Source: Marsupella aquatica (Eukaryota; Plantae; Marchantiophyta). Taken from it: a stretch of 64,000 nt of DNA. The translations under genes were made by a program, and so were the position numbers. The notes beneath the pieces are model-generated. The model did no database searches. It saw nothing but the letters and a program-made list of their open reading frames with translations, and had not been told where the DNA came from. This document shows, in pieces, positions 42,531 to 54,100 of this stretch. Within the stretch, counting starts at the first letter, position 1, and each line of letters opens with the position of its first letter. The stretch lies in NCBI GenBank assembly GCA_973895155.1, contig OZ316891.1, positions 18,811,048-18,875,047 of the forward strand. The letters run 5' to 3'.

Positions 42531-43970
42531 TGCCAAGTTTGGTGCATAAATTCCGAGGAAACCCAATTTTCCCAAACCCCTATGTTGGAGGCAACACTGA
42601 GCTGCCCGACTGCAGGGAAGGGCCCCTTCGGTCATCAAAGAAAGGGAGCAATCTCTCTAGGGCTTTTAACTTCTGGATGTTTTTGGCATGGCCTCTGGCT
42701 TGTTTTGTGTATGGGAGAAAACCAAAGCTGCCTTCATCTCACCCCATCGTCTCCCCCTTGAATTCCGATGTCTACCCTGGAAATGGGAAGACAAGAGCAC
42801 TGCCACCAAGCTTCTTGGGATCCTCTTTGCTCGTCGCATCTCGGAACAACAGATGGTCCGCACCCTCTCTGAAAAGCTTGAATCTAGGCTTGACAAGGTA
42901 CGCATGAACTCCGGATCCTTCATTGCCAGAGTTACACTGACGAATTCGAATTGGTTCTTTCGAGGAATTTCAATTGGTTTTTTCGAGGAATTTTTTTTAA
43001 AAAATGAGCAGCTTACAACCCTCTGCTGCGTACCTTAAGGGCTCTACAGAGGTGTAAAGAGAGTAAAGATCTGCTCCAAATGGAAAACCTAGATTTGAGC
43101 GAAGGAAACACTGACAGCTCTTGTAGCTATCTAAAATCCGAGAACCTGTCCAAAGATATCGAAAAACATAAACCGATATGAAATCCTAGGGACCCTCGAA
43201 CTAATTCTGGATTATTGAAACTTTATTCTCTTACCGATCTATTGCCAGCCCCATCCAAGATCGTCACTTGATTGGAAAGACAGATCATTCTGTAATGAGC
43301 TTTAATCCTCCTGTTCTCAAATAATATGGCATAGCCAAAGAAACAGCCTTCAGATGGACTCCTTAAAATCCCAAGCAATCCCTTGCGAATTTCTAGCAAA
43401 CTTCCATCTTATTTGAGTCTCGCTTCACAATAAATTCGATCTTCATTATTCTGTAGAGATTGACGGACCTTCATGACAGGCAACTGGAAAAGTACCGACA
43501 CCGATACTTCTAGATGCCTAATCCGACTGCCATAGCCGAACAGCCTCCTTCCCATTCGAGGAGTTGGAGAAGCACCTGTGAAAAGACGTGTAGTTTGGGT
43601 GTCTCGTCGTCAGAAAATCCGCTCATCCGACACAATAACAAAGCTACAGTTCATTGCTACAGGCTCTGGCTGTGGGCAAGCGCGACCATTGTTGGAGAAT
43701 CTTCATCCTGCGAGGAAGTATTCTGCAATCGCCAAATGCACCCAGGAAAGCCAGTTCTCTTGCTCGATCCCGTCCAACGGAGAATTCGAATGGCTGGGGG
43801 CATTGGGTGACAAACCGGCAGTAGCGCAAAGGGCCGCATGATCACATGCCAGTTGCCCCAAAGCTGGCGATAAGAAGCAGCAAGCAGAGACAACACGCCC
43901 AAGCGTGGCCCATTACTCCAAAAAGTGGGCGTCGCCATGATTGTGTCCCCAACTGAAGTCCACAAGTTTC
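42530..43970 (+). mobile_element. Degenerate L1-like LINE ORF2 3' part (late and post-RT region)
   Basis: ORF 42688-43038 (ASGLFCVWEKTKA...TKLLGI...KLESRLDK...SFIARVTLTN) matches the SGL.IN..KS / KYLG / RL..W / S..GR..L.N signature. Extent beyond 43050 is uncertain. Confidence 0.6.
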
Positions 43971-44070
43971 CCACGTCGAGATTTCTACTGTAGGTTTCCC
44001 ACCTCGAGATTTCTACTGTAGGTTTCCCACCTCGAGATTTCTAATGTAGGTTTCCCACCTCGGGATATTA
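43968..44070. repeat. 28-bp tandem repeat, about 3.5 copies
   Basis: Unit tttcccacctcgagatttctactgtagg. Confidence 0.85.
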
Positions 44071-44114
44071 CTCTGTATGGAGCGACACAAACTTCGTGCT
44101 CCCTCCATTCCTCG

Positions 44115-45115
44115 GAAGCCATTGTGAACATTGAGATGACAGTTTGTGGGAAATTCATAAATTGGAAGCCCTTGGGTCCCACTTTTAGATGTTGCCCTCA
44201 TGTCATTTTCCACTTGGGCGATTAAAGAGCATTTCTAGGAAGCCATTCGTTAACATTGAGGTGATTGTGAAATTCATTTACTAGAAGCTTTTGGGTCCCA
44301 CTTTTAGATGTTGCTCACCTGTCATGTTGCATTATTTAGATGATAAGAGAGAATTTATAGGAAGCCATCGTCATTAGGTGTCTGCAGTGTGAGATTTATA
44401 TTAGAAGCCCTTCTCCCACTTTTAGATGTTCCACATGTGTCAGTTTCCATTAGGTGCTAAAAGACAATTTCTAGGAAGCCATTCCTGCCGGGTTTGAAGT
44501 TACGGGCAAGTTGCCGAGTTGCCTGGCACATAAACTCATCATTCGCTGGACGAAAATGGCTCTATTTGCCGGATATTCCTGATTATTCCCCGGCCAAGAC
44601 CCGGCCTCATCCTGGACCCCTGCAGCCCTACCCCTCCCTGGACCCGGCCCTGCCCTGCACCCGGCCTGGCCCCTCACCCCGCCCGGCCTCCTCCCCTTCC
44701 TCCCTGCCGGCCCGGGCGCGGGTGGGCCGGGCCAGGGCCGGGACTGTGCATAAGGGGGGAGACCGGGGGATGGGGGAGGGGGGTGAAGTGAGGAACTCAG
44801 GCCTGGACCGGGACGGTCCGGGTGTGACTTGCCAGTTGATGGCCTCTAAAGGCTCTCTTTGCCGGGCTAGTCCAAACCGGGCATTCATGGCATTGAGTGT
44901 GAATTTGATTTATTAGAAGCCCCTGGGTCCCACTTTTAGATGTGGTCCTCTTGTCATTTTCCATTTAGATGATATAAGACCCCGAAGAGAACATTTCTAC
45001 TAAGCCATTCTTAGCATTGAGGAGTGTGGTGGTGTCAAATTCATTCTATAGTTTAGAAGCCTTGGGTCCCACTTTTAGATGAGGCCCTCCCATCATTTTC
45101 CATTTAGGTGATAAG
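44115..45115. repeat. ~120-bp tandem repeat (about 5 copies), interrupted by a GC-rich insertion
   Basis: gaagccatt...cattgag...gaagcccttgggtcccacttttagatg...gtcattttcca recurs at ~44115, 44239, 44361, 44475 (split) and 45002. Confidence 0.8.
44485..44883. mobile_element. GC-rich MITE-like insertion
   Basis: Splits one 120-bp repeat unit between gccattc and atggcattgag. Imperfect TIRs (tgccgggtttg / caaaccgggca) and a TTC (possibly CATTC) duplication. Confidence 0.6.
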
Positions 45116-45550
45116 AGACCACTGAGAATAGCTAAACATTCATTGAGTATTTACTAGATGCCACCATTTTCCAGCAACATGTAAACTCATTTTAACTATT
45201 CACAATTGAGAATAGCTAAACATGTAACCACTATGTAATCTCAAATGAAAGTTAAGTTTCAGGGCCTACAATCTACAGTAGAATGAAACTATAGACTGTG
45301 ACTCTGAGGCATAACAGAAGTTGTGGGTGGAAAACAGGGATTGGGGGAGGGTGAAATTATGAAAATGATCCAACAAGCTTGCAGTCACCTCTATGTGCCT
45401 TGAAAGAACAAAACTTCTGGCTAAGAGAGTCACAAAGCTTCAAATTTGATTGACCTCAACTTAGTAGACAGAAAAAATTTATGAACTACCAAATCCATAG
45501 TCCTTTATTAACCTGTTGCCATAAAGATTGGTCACATGCCATGACCATAA

Positions 45551-45948
45551 TGTTGGAAATGAGCCTCCCTTGTAGCAAGTGTGGCTCAAGGGAGGGTGTT
45601 GGAAATGAGCCTCACTCAACTGACGAGGGATGCAGGCATCAAGGGCCTGTAGCTCAGTGGTAGAGCACTATGATGTACACTGGAGGTACTAGGTTCAATT
45701 CCTAACCGGTCCATGCTGTTGACAATTCCAGCATGGTATCAGAGCCAAAGAACAGGAGTTTCCCTTGTAGCAAGTGTGGCTCAAGGGAGGGTGTTGGAAA
45801 TGAGCCTCACTCGAACTGATGAGGGATGCAGGCATCAAGGGCCTGTAGCTCAGTGGTAGATCACTATGATGTACACTGGAGGTCCTAGGTTCAATTCCTA
45901 GCCAATCGTTCAATTCCTAGCCGGTCCATGCTGTTGACAATTCCAGCA
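45551..45948 (+). mobile_element. TRIM (miniature LTR retrotransposon) with a tRNA-like cassette in each LTR
   Basis: CATAA duplication (45546-45550 and 45949-45953). LTRs TGTTGGAA...TTCCAGCA at 45597-45733 and 45792-45948. tRNA-iMet PBS TGGTATCAGAGCC at 45734 and PPT AAGGGAGGG before each LTR. A deleted extra unit occupies 45551-45596. Confidence 0.9.
45643..45713 (+). pseudogene. tRNA-derived sequence inside the TRIM LTR (second copy ~45839-45928); anticodon unassignable
   Basis: 71 nt. Acceptor stem GGGCCTG/CCGGTCC, D arm GCTC-AGTGGTA-GAGC, T arm CTAGG-TTCAATT-CCTA(A/G). A box TAGCTCAGTGG and B box GGTTCAATTCC are intact; the anticodon stem is mispaired with a 6-nt loop. Confidence 0.8.
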
Positions 45949-48584
45949 CATAAGTCATTACAGGCTAGTGAAAACAAACTAAAAAAAAAACTTTTATATA
46001 ACAATTTGAAAAAAAGCTATGGCCATTTGCTTAATCTGGCCAAAAGCCATCATCTCTGACTTTGAAACTCATAGTATATTGTATAGTTGTAAAGGCGAAC
46101 AAGTTTAAACCCGTGAGTAGAGTTCCCGCCCTGTGGCCCATAACTTATGCAGGAGCCACAAGTCCAACAGGCAGGCATAGCGGCACTCATGCCCAGAGCG
46201 CGTTGACCCCGTTTCCCGAACTCTGAAGCGCTGACATTTTCCTCCGACTTTATCTCGTAAATCGCTGCAGAGTTCAGAGTTGTCAATAGTGAATGGCAGA
46301 TGGCCAGCTAATCCCATTAATCAAGGTTTGTCTTTCTGATGTTTTGTCCTGAGAATAAATTCCTTCTCGTGCTCACAGGAGTCACAGGCCCGAGAACAGT
46401 AACTCAGTAACAGCAGCGAGCGAAAACACAGCCACAGTTAGTAGTGCTTGCTCTCGTCCTTGGGTGAGGAAAGATTTCAGTCCCCTCTTTCATGGTCATC
46501 ATATGAAGATCTTCGGACTGTAGTAGAGTGTAACTCATTGTAATCTTTGGAGGCAAAAACCCCTATGACTGTGGTGCTGTACTGGAAAGCACGAAGCACA
46601 GACACGAGCAACCATTTTTACTAGTTTTACAGTGCAAAGCACATGATCAGTCACGCTCATTTCCTTTGATCCGTGTACTGTGCATTGCAAGTCATGCTCT
46701 TCGTCCGTCACTCTCGAGCTGCAAGCGCTGACTGAATGAATGCTGTAAGTTTCTCAGGTTTCTCTGATTGGAAGAAATGGAGGCAAATGAGCGAGATGTG
46801 ATGTATGCTTGTTGGATGTGTCCGATTCCTGAACTTTGCCTTGACATTTCAGTTTTACTCGGTTATGACGAGTGTCGGCAACTCCGCATACTTACAGAGT
46901 CCGAGAGGGCGACCGCAGAGAGAATGATCTGCCCCGATTGTCAGAAACGAAGCTGCCAAGTTCCAACCCAGAGACACGCTCAGACCTTCCAAAACTCCAG
47001 TAGCTTTCAAGTGCTCTCCTGTAGATAATAATGAATCAACAAAGTTTATAAACAAACCCTGGTGGCTGCCTACTTATTGGGCAAGGGGGTGGGGCAGCAT
47101 AGCAGAAATGGCTTCCAGGGCCCAAAACTGGGTACCGAAGCCTTATTTTTATGCTGAACCAAGGTCTCATCAATTTCTCAGAGCTCGTTTGAGACAGTGA
47201 AGAAGAGCGAACCAAGACTCAACGCATGCAGAGCCTCGTAGAACTAAATTACAAGCATCTCAGGTAGGTCACAGTCCAAAGGTTCGCCAGATGTTGGTAG
47301 CTCCCTTCTTGCGTAGGAGCGTTCATACCAAACCCCTGACTTGCCTTTACTGACGTCTACGTTGCCTCGATTTCCTGTGCCAGTTCAATTAAATGTCTTC
47401 CTGCAAGGAAATGGCTGCTGTTGAACTTGACCTGGTTCTTCTCACAGACTGAAATCCAGAGTGATTGCTTGTAGATCAAGCTGGCTGCTGAGTTCTCACA
47501 GATTCCCAAATGCTTGACGGGTTTGCTCTAGAAGAAAGCGACGAATCATCTTCTCCATGATCGATGAACTGTGCTTCAAAAGGGTCAATCTTGAATCGGA
47601 GAGCTGTGGACGGAATACTCTGCATCGGGAGGCGGCAGTAGCTTCAACATGAATAAATAGAGTAGCGGAACAAAATTTGATGAACTGTCCATCGTACTTC
47701 GTCTAGAAATCTCAATGTGGCTGTAGAAATCCTTGGAATGTTGCTGTGGAAATTGACAATTTAGAAAGAACAGCAGCTGGGATTGAATTTCTAATCCTAC
47801 GCAGTTTTAATATTACTTGACGGACCAATTTTTTACTCAAGCTGGAAGTCTTCTCGTGTTGCGACAGTGCTCTAGACTGACGACAAACTTCATCTGTCTA
47901 GTCTGCTTCGCATTCCGTTGCGTGTTTCTGACTGATGCCCCAATTTTTTGTACAAGTAAAGCATGAAAACAGGGCATTTCGCTCGGACACGACTGTATCT
48001 CCAAATTCGAATCAACGAACTCTCCCAGACATCAAGGCAAGATCTATCAAGGCCGACAAAAAAAAAGACATCCTAAGGCCAACGGCCATCCCTTAATTGA
48101 AGGTAGGTCCGATGGAAAGGCTCAAGCGGGTGCAAGATAAGTCCAAACAACGGGAAATCAGGGAAATTCAGAGAACCTCAGAACCGAGAGTGGGAACTTT
48201 GGGAAGAGATGCAGGTGACCTACGCCATCATTATGTTGCAAATTGTCCCTGTTCAAGATAATAATTATGGACTTACCCAGTCCAGCCGTGCCCACCCCGT
48301 TCAATTGTTCAATCTTCTTTGCTTGTTGTCAACACCGACAACAACGTGTTTCATAATTATCCCGCGTGTTGCCACTCTGGTACCTCCATGGCTCCATCCT
48401 TGCCTTCCCTAGAGCGATGGCTTTCCGAACTTTCCTCCGCATCTTTTGGACAAGACGCATCGACTTAGGTTTTCAGTTGAAACTCCTTGGGAACAAAAAG
48501 ATAAGTAACGTTTGAATGAACTCAAGGAAAAAGAGAAGCATTGTGCAAGTTCGAATCATTATGCACCAACAATTTGTCTCCAGT

Positions 48585-49147
48585 CACTAATAGAAAAAGA
48601 AAAGTCCACCTCACCTCCAGGACAGGTGAGAGGGGTGGGGAGGCATGCACCTTGGCTCCATGAATAGACCTGAAACCCAAAAGATACACCAAAAAAACAC
48701 CATCCTCAGGAACAGGAAAAAGTAGTGAGTTAAAAGCTAAAGCAAAAAACTGACCAAAAGAAATCAAATCCCACCTCTTTTGCACATCATACAACTCCTA
48801 CCCGTGCTCATATGTATGTTTCCTATGCCCGTTGCTGTAGTGAGGTATAGCTAGGATACCTATTATGTTTTTATAATGAGGGATCCCGCCTTTTTTCATC
48901 ATCCATCCCAATACAAAAAAGCTTCTGGAAAGATCCAGAGTTGTTGGATTCAATCGGCTGTTTTCTCTGACCATTGCTTGAGAAAATGTGCACCGTTGGT
49001 ACATATGTGCTTCTTGCTACCCCATAAATGTCCCGGCCCTACTCCCTATGAGCTGGCCCTATTTGTGTCGTGCAATGCACAGGCACATGGCTTGTTTGAC
49101 ATAATAATATGGTATAACCTGCACAGGTGCCACTATTCCTAGTAGTG
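48585..49147. mobile_element. Possible small non-autonomous CACTA element
   Basis: Ends CACTAATAGAAA ... TTCCTAGTAGTG. The 3-bp flanks AGT and TGT match only 2 of 3. Confidence 0.35.
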
Positions 49148-49526
49148 TGTCATACATAGGCCCCCTTTGGATATACTAGGGGAGAGTTGGCCCTCTCCCC
49201 TCTTTTCCTTCCCTTCATTGAGTTCCTTTGCCATTGGGATCATGTTCCTTTGCCATTGAACCCCAATTTAAGGAAAACCAAACTTTGGAAATTCCAAAAA
49301 TCACTAAATATTATTATTTTAATAAAAAGGGGGCGACATGACGCGTGGCTGTGCGTGAAACCCTGAAAATGACTGCAACGTCACATTTTAACCAATCCAA
49401 CTTGACGGGACCAAGAGACATGCTCACGCGAATAATAATAATAGAGAAATAAATCTTTGAGATCCTTTATATATGATAACCTGTATATAAGGAGTTTACA
49501 AATAGTTTCTAGAACGACAATACAAA

Positions 49527-50255
49527 TTAATCTGATCTCATGCCGACTATTATTTTGGAAGCGTCCAAAATTGGGCGTCTATTAAATTGCTCTACTAGAT
49601 ATCTATCTCCATGCCTCTGAATCACAGGGTCTTCCCATAGAGTATGATTATAATCATAATCTCTAAAAATAGATTTAACTGGCCAATCTGGATAATCTCT
49701 TCCATTGGCAATGACAAGCGGCTCACAAGAGTTTGCTAGCTTGCTAAGATACGGAATCAGCAAGTTAATCAGGAAACTGTCGTCGACCGACCCAAAATAT
49801 TTGGGCGGAAATAATGATCCAACAACAGGATCTAAACAAGCATGAAATGCATCGGATTCGATAAGCATTATATTTTGCTGCAGATACGCCTTTGTATAAA
49901 TTCCAACCTTCTCAAAACACTTCAAAAATATCCGCTTATTTGATGTCACCCAATCGCATAAGTAACAATGAGACTGATCCCAAATATACTTAAATGAGGC
50001 CATTTCCATCGCAGTCAAAATAGATGCTAAAATCTGATCTAAAAGGTTCTTCCCAAGAGAGGACCAGATCCCTACATCGAAATTCTCAAAATAGAATCTC
50101 AAGAATTTGTGAAGATGAGGCCTTGGAAAAATGTATATATTCCCAATCCGAATTCCAGTTGAGACCGCCATCAGTCGGGAATGCGGTGCAGTGTAACAGA
50201 GTAGATGCTCCATGTCTAAAACTATGAGCCCATTTTCTCTGCTGCAATGAATCTC
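49527..50255 (-). CDS. FCP1/NIF-like HAD domain exon 3 (open reading frame; candidate alternative last exon)
   Basis: Acceptor ctctacag|GAG (phase 0). Motifs LIVLDMEHLL, FPRPHLHKFL, FDVGIWSS, FKYIWDQSHC, FLK, NIMLIE. The DxDxT motif is degenerate. Confidence 0.7.
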   Translation of the reverse strand, partial: EIHCSRENGLIVLDMEHLLCYTAPHSRLMAVSTGIRIGNIYIFPRPHLHKFLRFYFENFDVGIWSSLGKNLLDQILASILTAMEMASFKYIWDQSHCYLCDWVTSNKRIFLKCFEKVGIYTKAYLQQNIMLIESDAFHACLDPVVGSLFPPKYFGSVDDSFLINLLIPYLSKLANSCEPLVIANGRDYPDWPVKSIFRDYDYNHTLWEDPVIQRHGDRYLVEQFNRRPILDASKIIVGMRSD

Positions 50256-50341
50256 CTGTAGAGAAACACAAGAAGATGCATGAGCCCGTATGAATGGAGT
50301 CATGCGAATGGTCGCGTCACATATTACAGAGACAACATCCT

Positions 50342-51049
50342 CTACACTCTGGCCATTGATAAGTGACGTCTATTGAAGTGCTTGATAAGAACTTGATCCG
50401 CATGTCTCTGCACATACAGATGCTCCCATATATCCTCGTTCAGATCCCAATCTTGATGTAGATTTCTAATCGACCAGATGGGATAATCGAACTTGTTAGC
50501 GAACGCAAGACAAAGCCCTGAATTTGATAGCTTTCATAAATATGGAATGAGGTCATCCCTCAAAAAGACATCATCCAACGATCCTTGAAACGACTTAGCG
50601 AACAATAATCCGCATACAGCTGTCTGGCATGTATGGGAAGGACAGGCATCAATCTGGATTATATTCTTTGGTCGATAATCTTGAAACATATCACGTAGTC
50701 TCTCGATAGATTTGAAGACAACAATCTTATAATTTTTCTTCACATAACCAAGATTCCAACAATGATCCCTCGTGAACACATATATCAGCTGCGACAGGTC
50801 GGTGCTCGACAACACCTCTGAAAGTATCTGATAAACCAGTTTATTGTCAAGAATAGACTAGACCATCACATCAAAATGATCATAACATAATTTTATAAGA
50901 TCATGAAGATGCAGCCTCAGAACGACACATAGAGATCCGATACGAATTCCAGGTGTCGACTTGAGCTGAGGAGTATATTTTGAAACAGAGCACAGGAAGT
51001 TTTCTAGTCCTAAAACTAGAAGTTGACGCGACCTGCTCCACTTAGACAC
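50342..51049 (-). pseudogene. FCP1/NIF-like HAD domain exon 2 with two in-frame stops
   Basis: Acceptor tttacag|GTG (phase 0). Reads through stops at ~50858 (VMV*S for VMVWS) and ~50534 (LIPYL*KL). Collinear with exon 3 (GIRIG, LIPYL.KL.NS, DYP.W, QRH.D, FNRR). Confidence 0.72.
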
Positions 51050-51174
51050 CTGTAAATGAACAATTTGATTCTCATATTATGCAATTGCAAACAACCACGC
51101 GACCGGGCGCGTCACTCCCAAAAGTTCAATTTCAATCAATTTATAAATAATAATTGATAATAAACAATAAATGT

Positions 51175-54100
51175 TTACTTATTGGACTTATCCCGGGCTT
51201 CTATAGCACGGTCTTTTTCGGCAGATAAGTATTTCATAAATTCGTCAAACTTTTCTAAATGGTCTTTATTCCCCTGATTACGAATGATCACATTTCTCCT
51301 CCAAAGATTTGTCTTATCAATATAATCTTTCTCAAGATTTTCTTGAGAGAACGTTGGAATCCCATATCCACTAAGGAGCTCGCGGAATGTCAACTTGTCA
51401 ATTGACATGTCGCATAGATATGGATATAGTTTCTTTCTAAAAAATAGGTCATCATCGAGCCCAGAATATGCATCGGGATACAGCGATGAATAGAAATCAT
51501 TAAGGCTTGTCTTATATGCAGCGTCATCGATAAGAATGACATTCTCGATGTTGTAATCTTTAATATCGGCGGCAATGTCCAAGAGACATTTGACAAATAA
51601 GGGGATGTCATTATTATTCTTCCCAATAAGTCGAGTTGATTCTTGTCCCCATATAAATTTAATACGTTTCAAAACTTCGGGTCTTAGTATCAGCCTTACA
51701 CAAGATAGAATATTCCATTTGAACATGCACGACCAGATCACAATGTCGTATAGATCTTCCACCTTCTCAAGAAATTCCATTAAATCAGGCCTTGGATAGA
51801 TAACCTTGTGCATCTGTCTCACACCCCTTGACCGAATGGGCATCCCAGGGCTGATCTTCTTTGACCAGATAAGTACCCGATTCAGATCAAAAATTACAAG
51901 TCTCTTATGAACCGGTGACTTCTTTGCCGATGGATTAGGCGCCATCTGTACGTGTGATTTTTGTGCCGCAGGGTTTGGAGAACGGACTAGAACGGTCTGT
52001 TTGTTTCCCGCCTCCGGACGATCACCAGACTTTCGGACTGGTGCCTTCGATACTTGATCAGGGGGTTTCGGGATAGGCTTCTGTAAAACATTAAGAAATG
52101 AAAATAAGTTTATAATGCGAACGGTCGCGTGACTACAAAGAGAGACACTGAAATGAAGTGTATTACCTGTACAAGACGGTCGTTCAGTGCTGGAATTCTG
52201 CCAGAAATGTCAATCATAGTAGCACGGATCCCGGTAACTAGGTTACTTATGGATGTCGGCTTGCGGAAGTCCATGTCAAATAACGACAAGACTATCTCCC
52301 TACAGAATTTCTCAATTTGATCCGCGGCAAAATTAATTTCATTTCCTTGACACAAGCACTTGGCGTATCTCAAGATAAACACACCACAACTGTGGCTGTC
52401 ACTCTGGTGAGGAATATCAATCCGATATATCCGTTCCCAACCTGAGAGATCCAAGTTGACACCAGTTCTCCAGCCAATTTCGTCGGCGTAGTACTTCCCA
52501 ACAATATCTAGCACCCCAGGATTTTGTCGATTATGAACTAGAGAATCTAGGTACTCCAGCCGTTTCTCCTTCGGATACAAGACTACCAATGACCAATGTT
52601 CTTTCACAGCATTGTGTACTGGAAAGACTTGTTTGTCGTAATCACTGATTTTTAGCGGAAACTCCTTTGTCCAAGCTGCTCTCTCCTCGTCGAAAATGGT
52701 AGGATCCATGGAGAGAAGCTCAAAATGGTGTGTTTGGAAGAATTTGACAAGGTCTGACTTTCCAACTCTATCGAGAATCAGTTCGAAAAAACTCAAATAA
52801 CCGTTAATTATATCATCGGTGAGCAACTCGCGCGGTCTCAGACACATCATATGTTTCCTCTTGAATGAGTGTTGTAAGAACTTGGTCAATTAGCTCTTCC
52901 ATATCCTTAGAAGGATCAAGGCATTGATCTATTTGACTAGCCAAATTTTCAAAAAACTGCAAAAAACAGAGATTTCAGTACGCCTTCAAATAACGTACTG
53001 AGGTTGTAGCCTAAGGGTTCTACCTCAGAAAACAGAAACAATAACAAATCAATAATAAAATAATGACGTCTATAATAGAAACTTTAAGCTTATAGCTTGC
53101 GAATGACCTTTGGATTGGGTGGATCCAGCCTTTTCGCAGCTGATCTCTTGGGTGCCTCAATCGCAACAACATCCTTCAGCCCTCCTCGAGACCGTAGTGA
53201 TCGCTCCACCAGACCAGTTTGCGAAGGTTGGAGCGATGAGGCGGGAAAACCTTCAAATGGTTATGGCATTTGATTCAAATATTCCACAATCTGGGAATCC
53301 GATTCCAAAATATCCGGTGCCACAATTTCTGCGCGAGTGACCTCTGCAATATATCGAGGTCGAGACCACGAACCCGGTCGCGTCAAGTCAGCTGTTAGTC
53401 TCTTAACGACTTGAGCCGAGTCTGGTGCCAAAAATGTTCCCAGGTCTTGCACTCGATTCTCGGAAAAGTGGACATTATTGATGATTGTCTCCATTCTGGA
53501 TGCAGTGGCAGTCTTCTCCTCGGTAATCAAAAGACTCTTCCAATATTGCAAAGCAAGGACTGCCTGGACTCGGAGCTGCTCCGATGAATATTTATTCCAA
53601 TCATCCAACGAGACCGTACTTAAGGGTGGATCATTAAATTCAAACTCTGGGCGAAGAAAATAGTCTAATATTTTCTTCTTAACTGCAACTGAGGGTGAAG
53701 AAGGCTTCTTCAAATTCAGCCTTATTTTTGGTAGACGTTGTGCCTCAGGAATAAGCGAAAGATCCTTGGCCCTCTCGGCCTCCTTCCTCGCTGCCTCCAG
53801 TCTTCCGGCTTCTTCTCTCTCCAGTCTTGCGGAATCAACCTTTTCCGCCTCCAACTTCTCCGCCTCCACCCTCTCCGGTCTTGCGGTCTTGTCCGCCATC
53901 CTCTCGGCCAGCAGCCTCTCAGCCGCCACACTCTCCGCCTTGGCCCTATTTCCCTCTGTCACTAAAAGGACTCTCGCAGCCTCCACTTTCTTAGCCTGGG
54001 CTTTCTCAGCCTCCGCGTTCTCGGCCTGGGCTTTCTCCGCCTGGGCTTTCTCAGCAAGGACTCTCGCAGCCTCCGCTTTCTCAGCCTCCGCGTTCTCGGC

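Noticed and set aside
45643-45928. Functional tRNA genes
   Set aside because: The anticodon arm is mispaired with a 6-nt loop, there is no oligo-T terminator, and both copies lie inside LTRs.
46700-48500. Possible degraded LINE or gene fragment
   Set aside because: Coding-like composition, but no motif I can identify with confidence.
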